A DNA stretch of 53,128 nt from Pseudomonadota bacterium. Lineage in GTDB: Bacteria; Pseudomonadota; Gammaproteobacteria; Burkholderiales; JABEVD01. Location of the stretch: the NCBI GenBank assembly GCA_021845885.1, contig JAJZVB010000002.1, positions 1-53,128 of the forward strand. Reading direction: 5' to 3'. The notes beneath the pieces are model-generated. The model worked only from the letters and a program-made list of their open reading frames with translations, did no database searches and was not told where the DNA came from. Positions 1 through 9,245 of this stretch are shown in pieces (the first letter of the stretch is position 1; each line of letters starts with the position of its first letter). A program made the translations under genes and the position numbers.

Positions 1-714
1 CCCTGCTTTTTCGCCTGCGGCGCCGCAGGCGGCAAAGAGCGGAAGGAGATGCTCCTCTGTGGGATGATTCCGCCTCGCATGGGGCGCAGCCGCCCGGTAA
101 TCCAGGAGATCTTCGACGCGGCCCGATTCGAGCGTTTCCTTCATCCAGGTCTGGAAATCGGTGACCCAGGGGGGTGCAGGATCTTCAGGCGAACTCCCCA
201 TGTATTCGAGAAGGTTGTGCGTCATCGAGCCCGATCCGATGACGAGCACACCTTTCTCACGGAGGGATTTCAGCGCAAGGCCCATGCGGTAATGCTCGCG
301 GGGTCCCATGCCTCTGATCAGGGAAACCTGGAAGACCGGAATGTCCGCATCCGGATACATCAATGAAAGGGGCGCCCAGGCGCCGTGATCGAGCCCCCGG
401 TCCGGTACGGCCACGGCTTCGAAGCTTTCTGCATGAAGCAGATCGACGGCAAGGCGAGCCATATCCGGCGCGCCAGGGCAGTCGTACCTGATGCCGTAGA
501 GCGCTCGCGGAAAACCGCCGAAATCGTGGATGGTTTCGGGACGCACTGCAAGGCTCACCAATGGAACCAGGCTGTTTTCCCAGTGCGCCGAAATCATCAG
601 GATGGCTTCGGGCCGGTCGAATCCTTCGCCCCATTGCTTCAGGAATCGGCTCGCCGGGCTGTCTTCGATCACCATCATGGGCGAGCCGTGCGACACGAAA
701 AGGCTCGGCATCAT
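1..714 (-). CDS. ygiD: DODA-type (LigB-like) extradiol ring-cleavage dioxygenase, YgiD family; C-terminus runs off the left edge
   Basis: Not in the ORF track. Manual translation from ATG 714 gives MMPSLFVSHGSPMMVIED...ISAHWE...ETIHDFGGFPRALY...RGLDHGAWAPL...IGSGSMTHNL...NHPTEEHLLPL, which carries the family motifs. ATGA overlap with the DoxX stop. Confidence 0.9.
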   Translation of the reverse strand, partial: MMPSLFVSHGSPMMVIEDSPASRFLKQWGEGFDRPEAILMISAHWENSLVPLVSLAVRPETIHDFGGFPRALYGIRYDCPGAPDMARLAVDLLHAESFEAVAVPDRGLDHGAWAPLSLMYPDADIPVFQVSLIRGMGPREHYRMGLALKSLREKGVLVIGSGSMTHNLLEYMGSSPEDPAPPWVTDFQTWMKETLESGRVEDLLDYRAAAPHARRNHPTEEHLLPLFAACGAAGEKAG

Positions 715-1115
715 GGCCGTGTCTTCTCAAGGCTGAATGGGCCGCTGCCATGCACGACGACGTAAAGCAGCCCGCCCATCATGGAAATATTCTTCATGAA
801 ATGGATCATCTGGTTTTGCGCCTGATCGGCAGGGACGGCCCAGAAATCGTGGAAGATCAATGCGGCCAATCCCGTGAAAAAGAACAGCAGGGCAGCTGCC
901 CAACGCGCCTTCCAGCCGATCACGAGCAGCATTCCGCCGCCGATTTCCGCGATGATTGCGGCCACTGCGGCGAGCTGGGGCAGGGGCATGCCCTTGCTCG
1001 CAATGTAGCCCACCGTTCCCTCGAACCCCGTCACCTTGTGAAGACCTGCAAACAGGAAGATCGCTGCAATCAGAATGCGTCCCGCGAGCGGACCGAAACG
1101 CTCCAGAGTTTCCAT
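711..1115 (-). CDS. DoxX family membrane protein
   Basis: METLERFGPLAGRILIAAIFLFAGLHKV...HDFW...HFMKNISMMGGLL, with four hydrophobic segments. AGGAGA RBS upstream of ATG 1115. Confidence 0.9.
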   Translation of the reverse strand: METLERFGPLAGRILIAAIFLFAGLHKVTGFEGTVGYIASKGMPLPQLAAVAAIIAEIGGGMLLVIGWKARWAAALLFFFTGLAALIFHDFWAVPADQAQNQMIHFMKNISMMGGLLYVVVHGSGPFSLEKTRP

Positions 1116-1137
1116 ATTCGTTCTCCTATGAAATGAT

Positions 1138-1986
1138 TCAACCCAGGCGACCCTCACGAAAATCGCTGATCGCCTGATAAATCTCAGCCTGCGTGTTCAT
1201 CACGAAAGGCCCGTATTGAACGATGGGCTCCGAAAGCGGCCTCCCCGCTACGAGGATGGCCCTTGCGGATTCCTCCGCTTCCAGCGATACGCCGTCTTTG
1301 CCCTGCCCGTTGCCGAGGATGGCCATCCTTCCATGGGAAATGGATTGCCCCCCGATCCTCACCTTTCCACGATAGACGTAGGCGAAGGCATTGTGCGTCT
1401 CGGGCAGTTGTGCCGAAAAAGCGCTTCCTGCCGGCAAATCGATATCCAGAAAGAGTGGCTCGGTATCTTCCCTCGTCACTGCGCCTTCGATGCCGTTGCT
1501 CATGCCTGCAATGATCTTCACCGCGACGCCGTCCCGGGCGACATAGGATGGAATGTCTTTCCCCCTGATGTCGCGATACCAGGGTTCGATCATCTTTTTT
1601 CCGGCGGGCAGGTTGAGCCAGAGCTGAAATCCTTCCATGACGCCGCTTTCCTGCTCCGGGATTTCAGAATGGATCACCCCTCTTCCTGCCGTCATCCACT
1701 GCACATCGCCGCTTTGAAGCAAGCCTTCGTGGCCTGCGCTGTCGCGGTGGCGCATGCGTCCCGCAATCATGTAGGTGACCGTCTCGAAACCTCGATGAGG
1801 ATGATCCGGAAATCCCGCAATATAGTCATCGGGATTATCGCTCCCGAACGCGTCCAGCATCAAAAAGGGATCGAGCCGCCTCTGCAAAGGCTGCGTCAGC
1901 ACGCGTGTCAGGCTGACCCCTGCGCCGTCGCTCGTGGCCTTCCCGATGACGATTCTCTCCACATTCCTGGATCGACTGTTTTCCAT
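1138..1986 (-). CDS. Pirin family protein
   Basis: Motifs DPFLMLD, GFPDHPHRGFETVTY, QWMTAGRGVIHSE, GFQLWLNLP and YGPFVMNT. AAGGAGA RBS before ATG 1986. Confidence 0.95.
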   Translation of the reverse strand: MENSRSRNVERIVIGKATSDGAGVSLTRVLTQPLQRRLDPFLMLDAFGSDNPDDYIAGFPDHPHRGFETVTYMIAGRMRHRDSAGHEGLLQSGDVQWMTAGRGVIHSEIPEQESGVMEGFQLWLNLPAGKKMIEPWYRDIRGKDIPSYVARDGVAVKIIAGMSNGIEGAVTREDTEPLFLDIDLPAGSAFSAQLPETHNAFAYVYRGKVRIGGQSISHGRMAILGNGQGKDGVSLEAEESARAILVAGRPLSEPIVQYGPFVMNTQAEIYQAISDFREGRLG

Positions 1987-2068
1987 TCTGATCTCCTTGG
2001 CATGGTTCAATGTGAATCCATCATATTCGTTCCAATTCAAATCATAAAGATGCTTTTTTGATATAGAA

Positions 2069-2086
2069 TGTTCCATTTATGGAACA
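2069..2086. promoter_or_regulatory. Perfect 8-2-8 palindrome TGTTCCAT-tt-ATGGAACA over the LysR start codon; probable LysR box
   Basis: Inverted repeat seen in the divergent pirin/LysR intergenic region. A TAGAAT -10-like hexamer lies at 2064-2069. Confidence 0.6.
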
Positions 2087-2975
2087 GATATCTGCAGACG
2101 ACCTGCTTCTCTTCACCGTCATCGTCGAGCTCGGCAGCCTCGCGGGCGCATCTGTCCGCCTGGACATGCCCAAGGCCACGGTATCGAGAAGACTGTCCAA
2201 TCTGGAAGCGCAGCTGGGCCAGAAGCTCATGGTGCGCACGACCAGAAGGCTGGTCCTGACGGAATTCGGTCAGGCCTTCCTCGATCATTGCCAGCGTGTG
2301 GCCGAAGAAGTCGCGCAAGCCCGGGATTTCGCGAGCAGCCAGGAAGCGCGCCCCAGGGGGCGCCTGCGTGTCTCCATGCCGAATGATTATGCACAGCTTC
2401 AGCTATCGTCCGCCATCGCGACCTTCGTCCAGCAGTATCCTGAAATCCAGCTCGACCTCGATCTGAGCGCGAGGCGGGTGGATCTGATCGGCGAGCGCTT
2501 CGATCTTGCGATACGCATGGGCGCGCTGGAAAACGAGGGGACGCTGGTGGCGCGGAAAATAGACGAGCAGCAGTTCGGGCTTTATGCGAGCCCGATCTAT
2601 TTTGCCCTGCATCCCGCCCTCGGGGCGCCTGACGATCTGATGCGGCACGAATCGATCAGATTGCTCTCAGCGAGGGGCGAGCCCACACCATGGAAACTCG
2701 TCAGGGGAAAGGAAACATGGGAAGCCATACCCAAAGGACGCGTGGCGGTGAATTCGTTGAGCGTGATCCACCGGTTGCTGCTGGACGGCGTCGGAATAGG
2801 CGCATTGCCGGACCGCTTCGTCGAAGAAGACGTCAGGCTGAAAAGGCTCGTCCGCGTACTGCCGCAATGGTGCCTTCCTTCCGTCCCCGCCTGGGCGGTG
2901 ATGCCGGTTCGCCGCTATCTGCCGGCAAAGACCCGGCTTTTTCTTTCCCACCTGGAAACCTTCCTGGTTCGATGA
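2079..2975 (+). CDS. LysR family transcriptional regulator (CrgA/DmlR-like)
   Basis: N-terminal HTH (GSLAGASVRLDMPKATVSRRLSNLEAQLG...RTTRRLVLTE) and VDLIGERFDLAIR. Divergent from the pirin operon. Confidence 0.95.
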   Translation: MEQISADDLLLFTVIVELGSLAGASVRLDMPKATVSRRLSNLEAQLGQKLMVRTTRRLVLTEFGQAFLDHCQRVAEEVAQARDFASSQEARPRGRLRVSMPNDYAQLQLSSAIATFVQQYPEIQLDLDLSARRVDLIGERFDLAIRMGALENEGTLVARKIDEQQFGLYASPIYFALHPALGAPDDLMRHESIRLLSARGEPTPWKLVRGKETWEAIPKGRVAVNSLSVIHRLLLDGVGIGALPDRFVEEDVRLKRLVRVLPQWCLPSVPAWAVMPVRRYLPAKTRLFLSHLETFLVR

Positions 2976-3008
2976 AATTCCCACTGCAACGAAAGGTTGG
3001 CACTCTGG

Positions 3009-3440
3009 CTACCAATTTTCATGGCGATCGCGACGTTCCTGGCGGTAGTTTGTGACTTCGAGGCGAATGCCATCGGGGTCAGTCAAGAAGGTGGCCCAAT
3101 AGTCGGGAGCGTACTCGGAGTAGAGTTTTGCTTCAGACGCTTCGACACCGGCCGCACGAAGCTGGTTGGCAACAGCCACAACGTCAGCGACTGACTCGAC
3201 GCGAAGGCAAAAATGATGAAGCCCTGGCGCATAGGAGTCGTGCCCGTTGGAACTGCGTGACGGACGAAGAACATAGCCGAAATGACGATTGAAGTATTGG
3301 ACGTGCGGATCACCGCCCAGGACGAATTTGTTTTTTCGGAAGCCAAGCGCCTCGAGCAGGACGCGATCATAGAAAGGCTCGGAGCGCTGAAGGTCGGACA
3401 CTGCGATGTAGATATGGTCGATTCCTGTTACTTCAGTCAT
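3009..3440 (-). CDS. VOC (glyoxalase/bleomycin resistance) family protein
   Basis: GIDHIYIAVSDL...FY...GLHHFCLRV...FLTDPDGIRLEV. Confidence 0.9.
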   Translation of the reverse strand: MTEVTGIDHIYIAVSDLQRSEPFYDRVLLEALGFRKNKFVLGGDPHVQYFNRHFGYVLRPSRSSNGHDSYAPGLHHFCLRVESVADVVAVANQLRAAGVEASEAKLYSEYAPDYWATFLTDPDGIRLEVTNYRQERRDRHENW

Positions 3441-3571
3441 GGCGCAGAAATGGTGGTCGGTTCGCTATTTCGCATACCGGAGCTCCATGGTATATTTTTG
3501 CCAAGTCTAGCATGCAAGAGCTGGCGAAGGGCCGGCGGCGTCTGTATTGTGGTCTATTCATGCGGGCATAA

Positions 3572-3752
3572 TGGCGGAGGCGGTGAGATTGTGCCGGTCT
3601 CGCCTCGAGCGATCCCGTCATCCCTTCGGGACCGCGCTGCGCGCGTCCTGCGTCGCCCTCCCATCGGTCGGGCTCCTGGTCGAACTCGATGAGTTCTCAT
3701 CTCACCCTGTAGTCTGAAGAAGAATGCCCCTCTTCGCGGGGCGTTCTGTCAT
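3572..3752 (-). repeat. tRNA-linked repeat: 181-bp unit ending in an exact 19-bp copy of the tRNA-Ser 3' end
   Basis: tggcggaggcggtgagatt occurs at 3572-3590 and at 3753-3771, with GC-rich hairpin-forming sequence between the copies. Confidence 0.8.
3721..3747 (-). terminator. Hairpin immediately downstream of tRNA-Ser (terminator or processing stem)
   Basis: agaatgcccc-tcttcgc-ggggcgttct forms a 10-bp stem with one imperfect pair. The U-tract is weak. Confidence 0.55.
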
Positions 3753-3842
3753 TGGCGGAGGCGGTGAGATTCGAACTCACGGAAGGCTCGCACCTTCGCT
3801 GGTTTTCAAGACCAGTCCATTAAACCGCTCTGGCACACCTCC
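3753..3842 (-). tRNA. tRNA-Ser (anticodon TGA)
   Basis: Reverse complement GGAGGTGTGCCAGAGCGGTTTAATGGACTGGTCTTGAAAACCAGCGAAGGTGCGAGCCTTCCGTGAGTTCGAATCTCACCGCCTCCGCCA: 90 nt, long variable arm, TTCGA loop, encoded CCA. A TATAAT -10 (3857-3862, minus strand) overlaps the glgA stop. Confidence 0.97.
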
Positions 3843-3857
3843 TGACGGAAGCCGGAA

Positions 3858-5288
3858 TTATATCCGAAATCCGGGGCCAGTTGACAGGCCCTGGGAAAGC
3901 AGCGATTCGTATAGCGCGATGTAGGATCTCGCGCTTTTTTCCCAGGCGAAATTTTTTGCCATGCCGCTTCGCTGGATATTCCTGAAGGCTTCCCTGTTCC
4001 GGTAGCAGGATATGGCGCGCGAGATCGCTTCCCGAAAAGCACCGGCTTCGGCCTTTTCGAACACGAATCCCGTTTCGTTGTCGGTCACTGAATCGGCGAG
4101 CCCGCCCGTCTTTCTGACGACAGGCGGCGTGCCGTAACGCATGCCGTACATCTGGTTGAGGCCGCACGGCTCGAAACGCGAGGGCATGAGGAAGAGGTCG
4201 GCCCCGGCCATGATGTTGTGCGCAAGCGATTCGTCGTAGCCGATCGACGTCGAGCATCTTCCCGGGTGCTTTTCCGCGAGCCTCAGGAATGCCTGCTCGT
4301 ATTCCTTTTCTCCGGTTCCCAGAACGGCGATTTGCGCCCCCTGTTCGAAAAGCGCATCCAGGCAGCTGTGCACGAGATCCAGCCCTTTCTGGTAGGTGAG
4401 GCGGCTCACGATGCCGAAAAGAGGCGCATCGTCCTGCCTTTCAAGGCCGAGCCCGGCCTGGAGTTCGCGCTTGATTTCGATCTTCGATTGCAGGTTCGAT
4501 TCGTCGTATTTCACATTCAGGTAACCGTCCCGTTCGGGGCTCCATTCCGAAAGATCGATTCCGTTCAGTATGCCGTGGACATCACGCCTCCTGTGTTGGA
4601 GCAGTCCTTCCATGCCGCAGCCCATTTCCGGGGTCTGGATTTCCTGCGCATAGCTGGGGCTCACTGTCGTGATCGTATTCGAATAATAGAGTCCGGCTTT
4701 CAGAAAGGAGAACCGGCCATGGAATTCGACGCCGTGCATGGAATAGGAAGACGGGGGGAGGCCGAGCCCTCCCACCCAGTCGCGCGAAAAATTGCCCTGG
4801 AAGGCCAGGTTGTGCACGGTCATCATGCTCCTGGCGTTCGATCCGGAGAAATGCATGAAAGCCGGAGCGAGGCCGCTTTGCCAGTCATTGCCCTGCACGA
4901 TTTCCGGCTTCCATTCGAGCGGGGAATGGCGGGATGCGAGCAAGGCGGCCGTTTTCGACAAAAGGCCGAAGCGCGCCGCATTGTCCGGCCAGTCCAAGCC
5001 CTGTTCGTCCACGTAGGGGCCGCCTCCGCGCCTGAAAATCGGATGATCGATGGCATAGACGGGAACGCCCGTATCCGGCATTTTCCCGCACAGCAGACTT
5101 CCTTCCGAAAGGCGGGCGCATTCGAAGGCCTCCTTCATTCCCGAGAGCACGCCGGGATAACCGGGAATCAGGATTCGGATATCCATGCCCAGGGATTGCA
5201 GCGCGGCGGGAAGCGAGGCGCTGACGTCGGCCAGCCCCCCCGTCTTGACGAGCGGATGGATTTCCGACGTGACAAAAAGAATGCGCAT
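3858..5288 (-). CDS. glgA: Glycogen synthase
   Basis: KTGGLADV, NDWQ, TVHNLAFQG, PSRFEPCGLNQMY and TGGLADSV motifs. Confidence 0.97.
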   Translation of the reverse strand: MRILFVTSEIHPLVKTGGLADVSASLPAALQSLGMDIRILIPGYPGVLSGMKEAFECARLSEGSLLCGKMPDTGVPVYAIDHPIFRRGGGPYVDEQGLDWPDNAARFGLLSKTAALLASRHSPLEWKPEIVQGNDWQSGLAPAFMHFSGSNARSMMTVHNLAFQGNFSRDWVGGLGLPPSSYSMHGVEFHGRFSFLKAGLYYSNTITTVSPSYAQEIQTPEMGCGMEGLLQHRRRDVHGILNGIDLSEWSPERDGYLNVKYDESNLQSKIEIKRELQAGLGLERQDDAPLFGIVSRLTYQKGLDLVHSCLDALFEQGAQIAVLGTGEKEYEQAFLRLAEKHPGRCSTSIGYDESLAHNIMAGADLFLMPSRFEPCGLNQMYGMRYGTPPVVRKTGGLADSVTDNETGFVFEKAEAGAFREAISRAISCYRNREAFRNIQRSGMAKNFAWEKSARSYIALYESLLSQGLSTGPGFRI

Positions 5289-5291
5289 GGT

Positions 5292-6932
5292 TCAGGAAGA
5301 CTTGTATCGGTTGATGAGATGGTTGGTCGACGCATCGTGGGCAGCGGTTTCGTCTTGCATCGAGAGCTCGGGAAGGATTTTCGAGGCGAGCGCCTTGCCG
5401 AGTTCAACGCCCCACTGATCGAATGAATTGATCCGCCAAACGACGCCCTGGACGAATATCTTGTGTTCGTAGAGGGCAATGAGCGAACCCAGCGCGTGAG
5501 GCGTGAGTTTTTTCAAAAGGATGGAATTGGTGGGCCTGTTTCCCGGGAAAACCTTGTGCGGCAGCAGCTTTTCCAGGCGTTCCTCGTCCATGCCTTCGAG
5601 TTCGCCCCGGACTTCCTCGGGCGTCTTGCCCTTCATCAGCGCTTCCGTCTGGGCGAGGAAATTCGAGAGCAGGATGGCATGGTGCCGCCCGAGGGGATGA
5701 TGCGATTCGAGAGGCGCGATGAAGTCCGCGGGAATCAGGCACGTTCCCTGGTGGATGAGCTGGTAGAAGGCATGCTGCCCGTTCGTTCCGGGCTCTCCCC
5801 AAACCACAGGGCCGGTCATGTAATCGACGGGAAGGCCATCCCTGTCGACGCGCTTGCCGTTGCTTTCCATGTCCCCCTGCTGCAGATAGGCGGGGAACCT
5901 GTGCAGGGATTCGTCGTAGGGGAGGATGGCATGGGTTTGCGCACCATGGAAATTGATATACCAGATTCCCAGCAGGCCCATCACCACGGGCAGATTCTCC
6001 TCCAGCGGGGCCTGCCTGAAATGACGGTCCATTTCGGTCGCCCCCAGGAGGAGTTCCTCGAAATTGTCCATGCCCACCGCGACCGCAATGGAAAGCCCGA
6101 TGGCCGACCAGAGGGAATAGCGCCCCCCCACCCAGTCCCAGAATTCGAACATGTTTTCGACATCGATGCCGAATTTTCCGACCTCGACGGCATTAGTCGA
6201 GAGCGCGACGAAATGCTTCGAGACATGACGGGGATCCTTCGCTTTTTCCAGGAACCAGGCTTTTGCGGAATTCGCGTTGACGATCGTTTCCTGGGTGGTG
6301 AAGGTTTTCGATGCGACGATGAAAAGTGTGGTTTCCGGATCCAGCCTTTCCAGCTTCGTGGCGATATCCGTGCCGTCCACATTCGAGACGAAATGTACGG
6401 AAAGCCCTTCCTTCCAGTAAGGCCTGAGCGCTTCGGTGACCATCTGCGGGCCCAGGTGGGATCCGCCTATGCCGATGTTGACGACATCCTTGATGGATTT
6501 TCCGCTGTAGCCCAGCCATGTCCCGCTTCTCACGGCTTCCGAGAAAATTCCCATTTTTTTCAGGACCCGCCTGATTTTCGGCAGAACGTCCTCCCCGTCG
6601 CAAAGGACGGGCTGGCTTTCAGGGTTTACCGCAGCCCTCAATGCAGTGTGGAGAACGGCCCTGTTCTCGGTGAAGTTGATTTTCTCCCCCTTGAACATGC
6701 GCTCGCGCCATCCTTCGAGATCGGACCATCTCGCGAGCCCGAAGAGGAGCTCCATGGTCTCGATCGTGACGAGATTCTTCGAATAGTCAAGGAAAATATC
6801 GCCGGACTCCAGGGAAAACCGTTCGAAGCGCAAGGGATCGGCATCGAAAAGCGCCCTCATCGACAGGCCCGAAAGCTTCTCCCTGTGCGAGAGAAGCGCT
6901 TTCCATGCTTCGCATTGTGTAAGTATCGACAT
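5292..6932 (-). CDS. pgi: Glucose-6-phosphate isomerase
   Basis: [40 protein letters not shown] and [10 protein letters not shown] motifs. Confidence 0.98.
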   Translation of the reverse strand: MSILTQCEAWKALLSHREKLSGLSMRALFDADPLRFERFSLESGDIFLDYSKNLVTIETMELLFGLARWSDLEGWRERMFKGEKINFTENRAVLHTALRAAVNPESQPVLCDGEDVLPKIRRVLKKMGIFSEAVRSGTWLGYSGKSIKDVVNIGIGGSHLGPQMVTEALRPYWKEGLSVHFVSNVDGTDIATKLERLDPETTLFIVASKTFTTQETIVNANSAKAWFLEKAKDPRHVSKHFVALSTNAVEVGKFGIDVENMFEFWDWVGGRYSLWSAIGLSIAVAVGMDNFEELLLGATEMDRHFRQAPLEENLPVVMGLLGIWYINFHGAQTHAILPYDESLHRFPAYLQQGDMESNGKRVDRDGLPVDYMTGPVVWGEPGTNGQHAFYQLIHQGTCLIPADFIAPLESHHPLGRHHAILLSNFLAQTEALMKGKTPEEVRGELEGMDEERLEKLLPHKVFPGNRPTNSILLKKLTPHALGSLIALYEHKIFVQGVVWRINSFDQWGVELGKALASKILPELSMQDETAAHDASTNHLINRYKSS

Positions 6933-6935
6933 AGC

Positions 6936-9116
6936 TCAGTGTTCTAGAATGATGCAGGCAAGCGGGGGAATGGCCAGCGAAATCGACTGCTTTTCCCCCA
7001 TCCACGGGACCGGTTCAGATTCGACCCCCTTTCCGTTCCCCAAGTTCGTTCCGCCGTAATAGGTCGAATCGCTGTTGAAGATTTCGTTGTAACGGCCCCG
7101 AACCGGAACCCCTATCCGGTATCCTTTTCTGGGGACGGGCGTGAAATTGAGCACCACGACAAGGGAAGTGCCGTTCCGGGCGATGCGCCTGTAGCTCAGC
7201 ACGGACTGGTCCGCGTCGTGGCAGTCTATCCATGAAAAGCCGTTGCTGGAGAAGTCCAGTTCGTGCAGGGGGGGGCGGCTCAAATAAAGGCGGTTGAGGT
7301 CCTTCACGAGTTTTTGAACGCCCTGATGGGCGGGAAGTTCGAGCAGTTCCCAGTCGAGCCGGGATTTCACTTGCCATTCCTTCCCCTGTGCGAATTCGTT
7401 GCCCATGAAATTGAGCTTCCTGCCTGGATAGGTCATCTGGTAGGCATAGAGCAGCCTGAGGTTGGCGAAACGCTGCCAGGCATCTCCGGGCATCTTGTCG
7501 AGAAGCGATTTCTTGCCGTGCACGACCTCGTCGTGGGAGAAGGGCAGGACGAAGTTTTCCGTATAGCTGTAGATCTGGCCGAAAGTCAGCTTGTCGTGAT
7601 GGTAGCGCCTATGAACGGGGTCGTGCTTCATGTAGGCGAGGGTGTCGTTCATCCAGCCCATGTTCCATTTCATCGAAAAGCCGAGCCCGCCCAGATAAAC
7701 GGGGCGGGAAACCATGGGCCAGGAGGTCGATTCTTCGGCGATGGTGAGGGCGCCCTTGAATTCCTCGTGAACCATGATGTTGAGTTCCCTCAGGAAATCG
7801 ATGGCGTCGAGGTTTTCCCTTCCGCCGTATTTGTTGGGCAGCCATTCCCCCTCTTTTCTCGAATAGTCGAGATAAAGCATGGATGCGACCGCGTCGACCC
7901 TCAGGCCGTCTATGTGGCATTCGGAGAGCCAGAAATGCGCATTCGAAATCAGAAAGTTCCTGACCTCGTTTCGGCCGTAGTTGAAGATGTAGGTTCCCCA
8001 GTCCTGATGTTCGCCCTGCCTGGGATCCTCGTGCTCATAGAGCGCCGTTCCGTCGAAACGGGCGAGCGCAAAATCATCCCTGGGAAAATGTGCCGGGACC
8101 CAGTCGAGGATCACGCCTATTCCGGCCATGTGGCACGCCTCAACGAATGAGCGAAAGTCTTCCGGGGAGCCGTAGCGGTTCGTGATGCCGAAATACCCCG
8201 TTGTCTGGTAGCCCCAGGATTCGTCGAGCGGATGCTCGCTGACCGGCATGAGTTCGATATGCGTGTAGCCCATGTCCTTGACATAGGGAATGAGCGATGC
8301 GGCGAGCTCCCTGTAGTTCATGGGGGAGCCGTCCGGCCGGTGCCTCCATGATCCGGCATGAATCTCGTAAATGTTCAGGGGTTCATTCAGCCAGTCGCGG
8401 GTCCCGCGCTTTTCCATCCAGGCATCGTCTTGCCAGACATGGGCTCCAAGGCTGCAGATTCTGGAAGCAGTCCCCGGCCGCTCCTCGAAGGCGAAGCCGT
8501 AGGGATCGGTCTTGACCAGGATGGCGCCCTGCCTGCTCCTGATCTCGTACTTGTACAGGGCGCCCGCCTCGATGCCCGGAATGAAGATTTCCCATATGCC
8601 GTTGGAGGGATGCGCGCGCATGGGATGGATTCTCCCGTCCCATGCGTTGAAATCCCCCACCACGCTGACTCGCTCCGCATTGGGCGCCCATACCGCGAAG
8701 CGGGTGCCGGATATGCCTTCAAGCCTCATGGGGTGAGCCCCGAGCATGCGGTAGGCGAGGTGAAGGCGTCCTTCGCCGAAAAGGTGAAGGTCGAGTTCGC
8801 CTATCGAAGAGCTGAAGCTGTAGGGATCATGGGTTTCGGCAGCCCGGCCTTCCCGCACGATGCGAATCCTGCAGGGGAAAGGCGGGTGCCTTGTTCCGGA
8901 CCAGCTGAAAATGCCCGCCTTGCGCCTGAGCTTCTCCCATTCATTTCCGGAATGAAGCCACACCTCTTCGGCATGCGGCTGAAAGGTTCGGAAAAGCCAT
9001 TTCCCTTCGCTTTCGTGAAGTCCAAGATAGGAAAACGGGTCATGGTGTCTCGCTTCCAGGATGGCATCGGCTTCTTGAGTTGGCATGACGCATTTTTCCA
9101 GGGTTGTCAAACGCAT
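6936..9116 (-). CDS. glgB: 1,4-alpha-glucan branching enzyme (GH13)
   Basis: [40 protein letters not shown] and SHDEVVHGK motifs. Alternative start at 9086. Confidence 0.97.
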   Translation of the reverse strand: MRLTTLEKCVMPTQEADAILEARHHDPFSYLGLHESEGKWLFRTFQPHAEEVWLHSGNEWEKLRRKAGIFSWSGTRHPPFPCRIRIVREGRAAETHDPYSFSSSIGELDLHLFGEGRLHLAYRMLGAHPMRLEGISGTRFAVWAPNAERVSVVGDFNAWDGRIHPMRAHPSNGIWEIFIPGIEAGALYKYEIRSRQGAILVKTDPYGFAFEERPGTASRICSLGAHVWQDDAWMEKRGTRDWLNEPLNIYEIHAGSWRHRPDGSPMNYRELAASLIPYVKDMGYTHIELMPVSEHPLDESWGYQTTGYFGITNRYGSPEDFRSFVEACHMAGIGVILDWVPAHFPRDDFALARFDGTALYEHEDPRQGEHQDWGTYIFNYGRNEVRNFLISNAHFWLSECHIDGLRVDAVASMLYLDYSRKEGEWLPNKYGGRENLDAIDFLRELNIMVHEEFKGALTIAEESTSWPMVSRPVYLGGLGFSMKWNMGWMNDTLAYMKHDPVHRRYHHDKLTFGQIYSYTENFVLPFSHDEVVHGKKSLLDKMPGDAWQRFANLRLLYAYQMTYPGRKLNFMGNEFAQGKEWQVKSRLDWELLELPAHQGVQKLVKDLNRLYLSRPPLHELDFSSNGFSWIDCHDADQSVLSYRRIARNGTSLVVVLNFTPVPRKGYRIGVPVRGRYNEIFNSDSTYYGGTNLGNGKGVESEPVPWMGEKQSISLAIPPLACIILEH

Positions 9117-9171
9117 TGCAAAGCCTTGTTCAAGTGTTTTGTGAATTTTTATTTAAGCTTGCAATCGCCGT

Positions 9172-9200
9172 TTGATACTTTATTTGAAGCTTATTATACT
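9172..9200 (+). promoter_or_regulatory. Sigma-70 promoter for the glgC operon
   Basis: TTGATA (9172-9177), 17-bp spacer, TATACT (9195-9200) in an AT-rich divergent intergenic region. Confidence 0.65.
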
Positions 9201-9245
9201 TAACTTGCAAACGCCATACCTAACTTCGAATACATGGGATAGATA

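Noticed and set aside
49-765. ORF-track calls 49-366, 257-751 and 385-765
   Set aside because: The real gene is the minus-strand dioxygenase starting at 714, omitted from the track because it has no stop inside the window.
3572-3771. 19-bp tRNA-Ser duplication as attL/attR of a prophage
   Set aside because: Only 181 bp separate the copies and there is no integrase. Size and internal structure fit a tRNA-linked repeat better, though a scar cannot be fully excluded.
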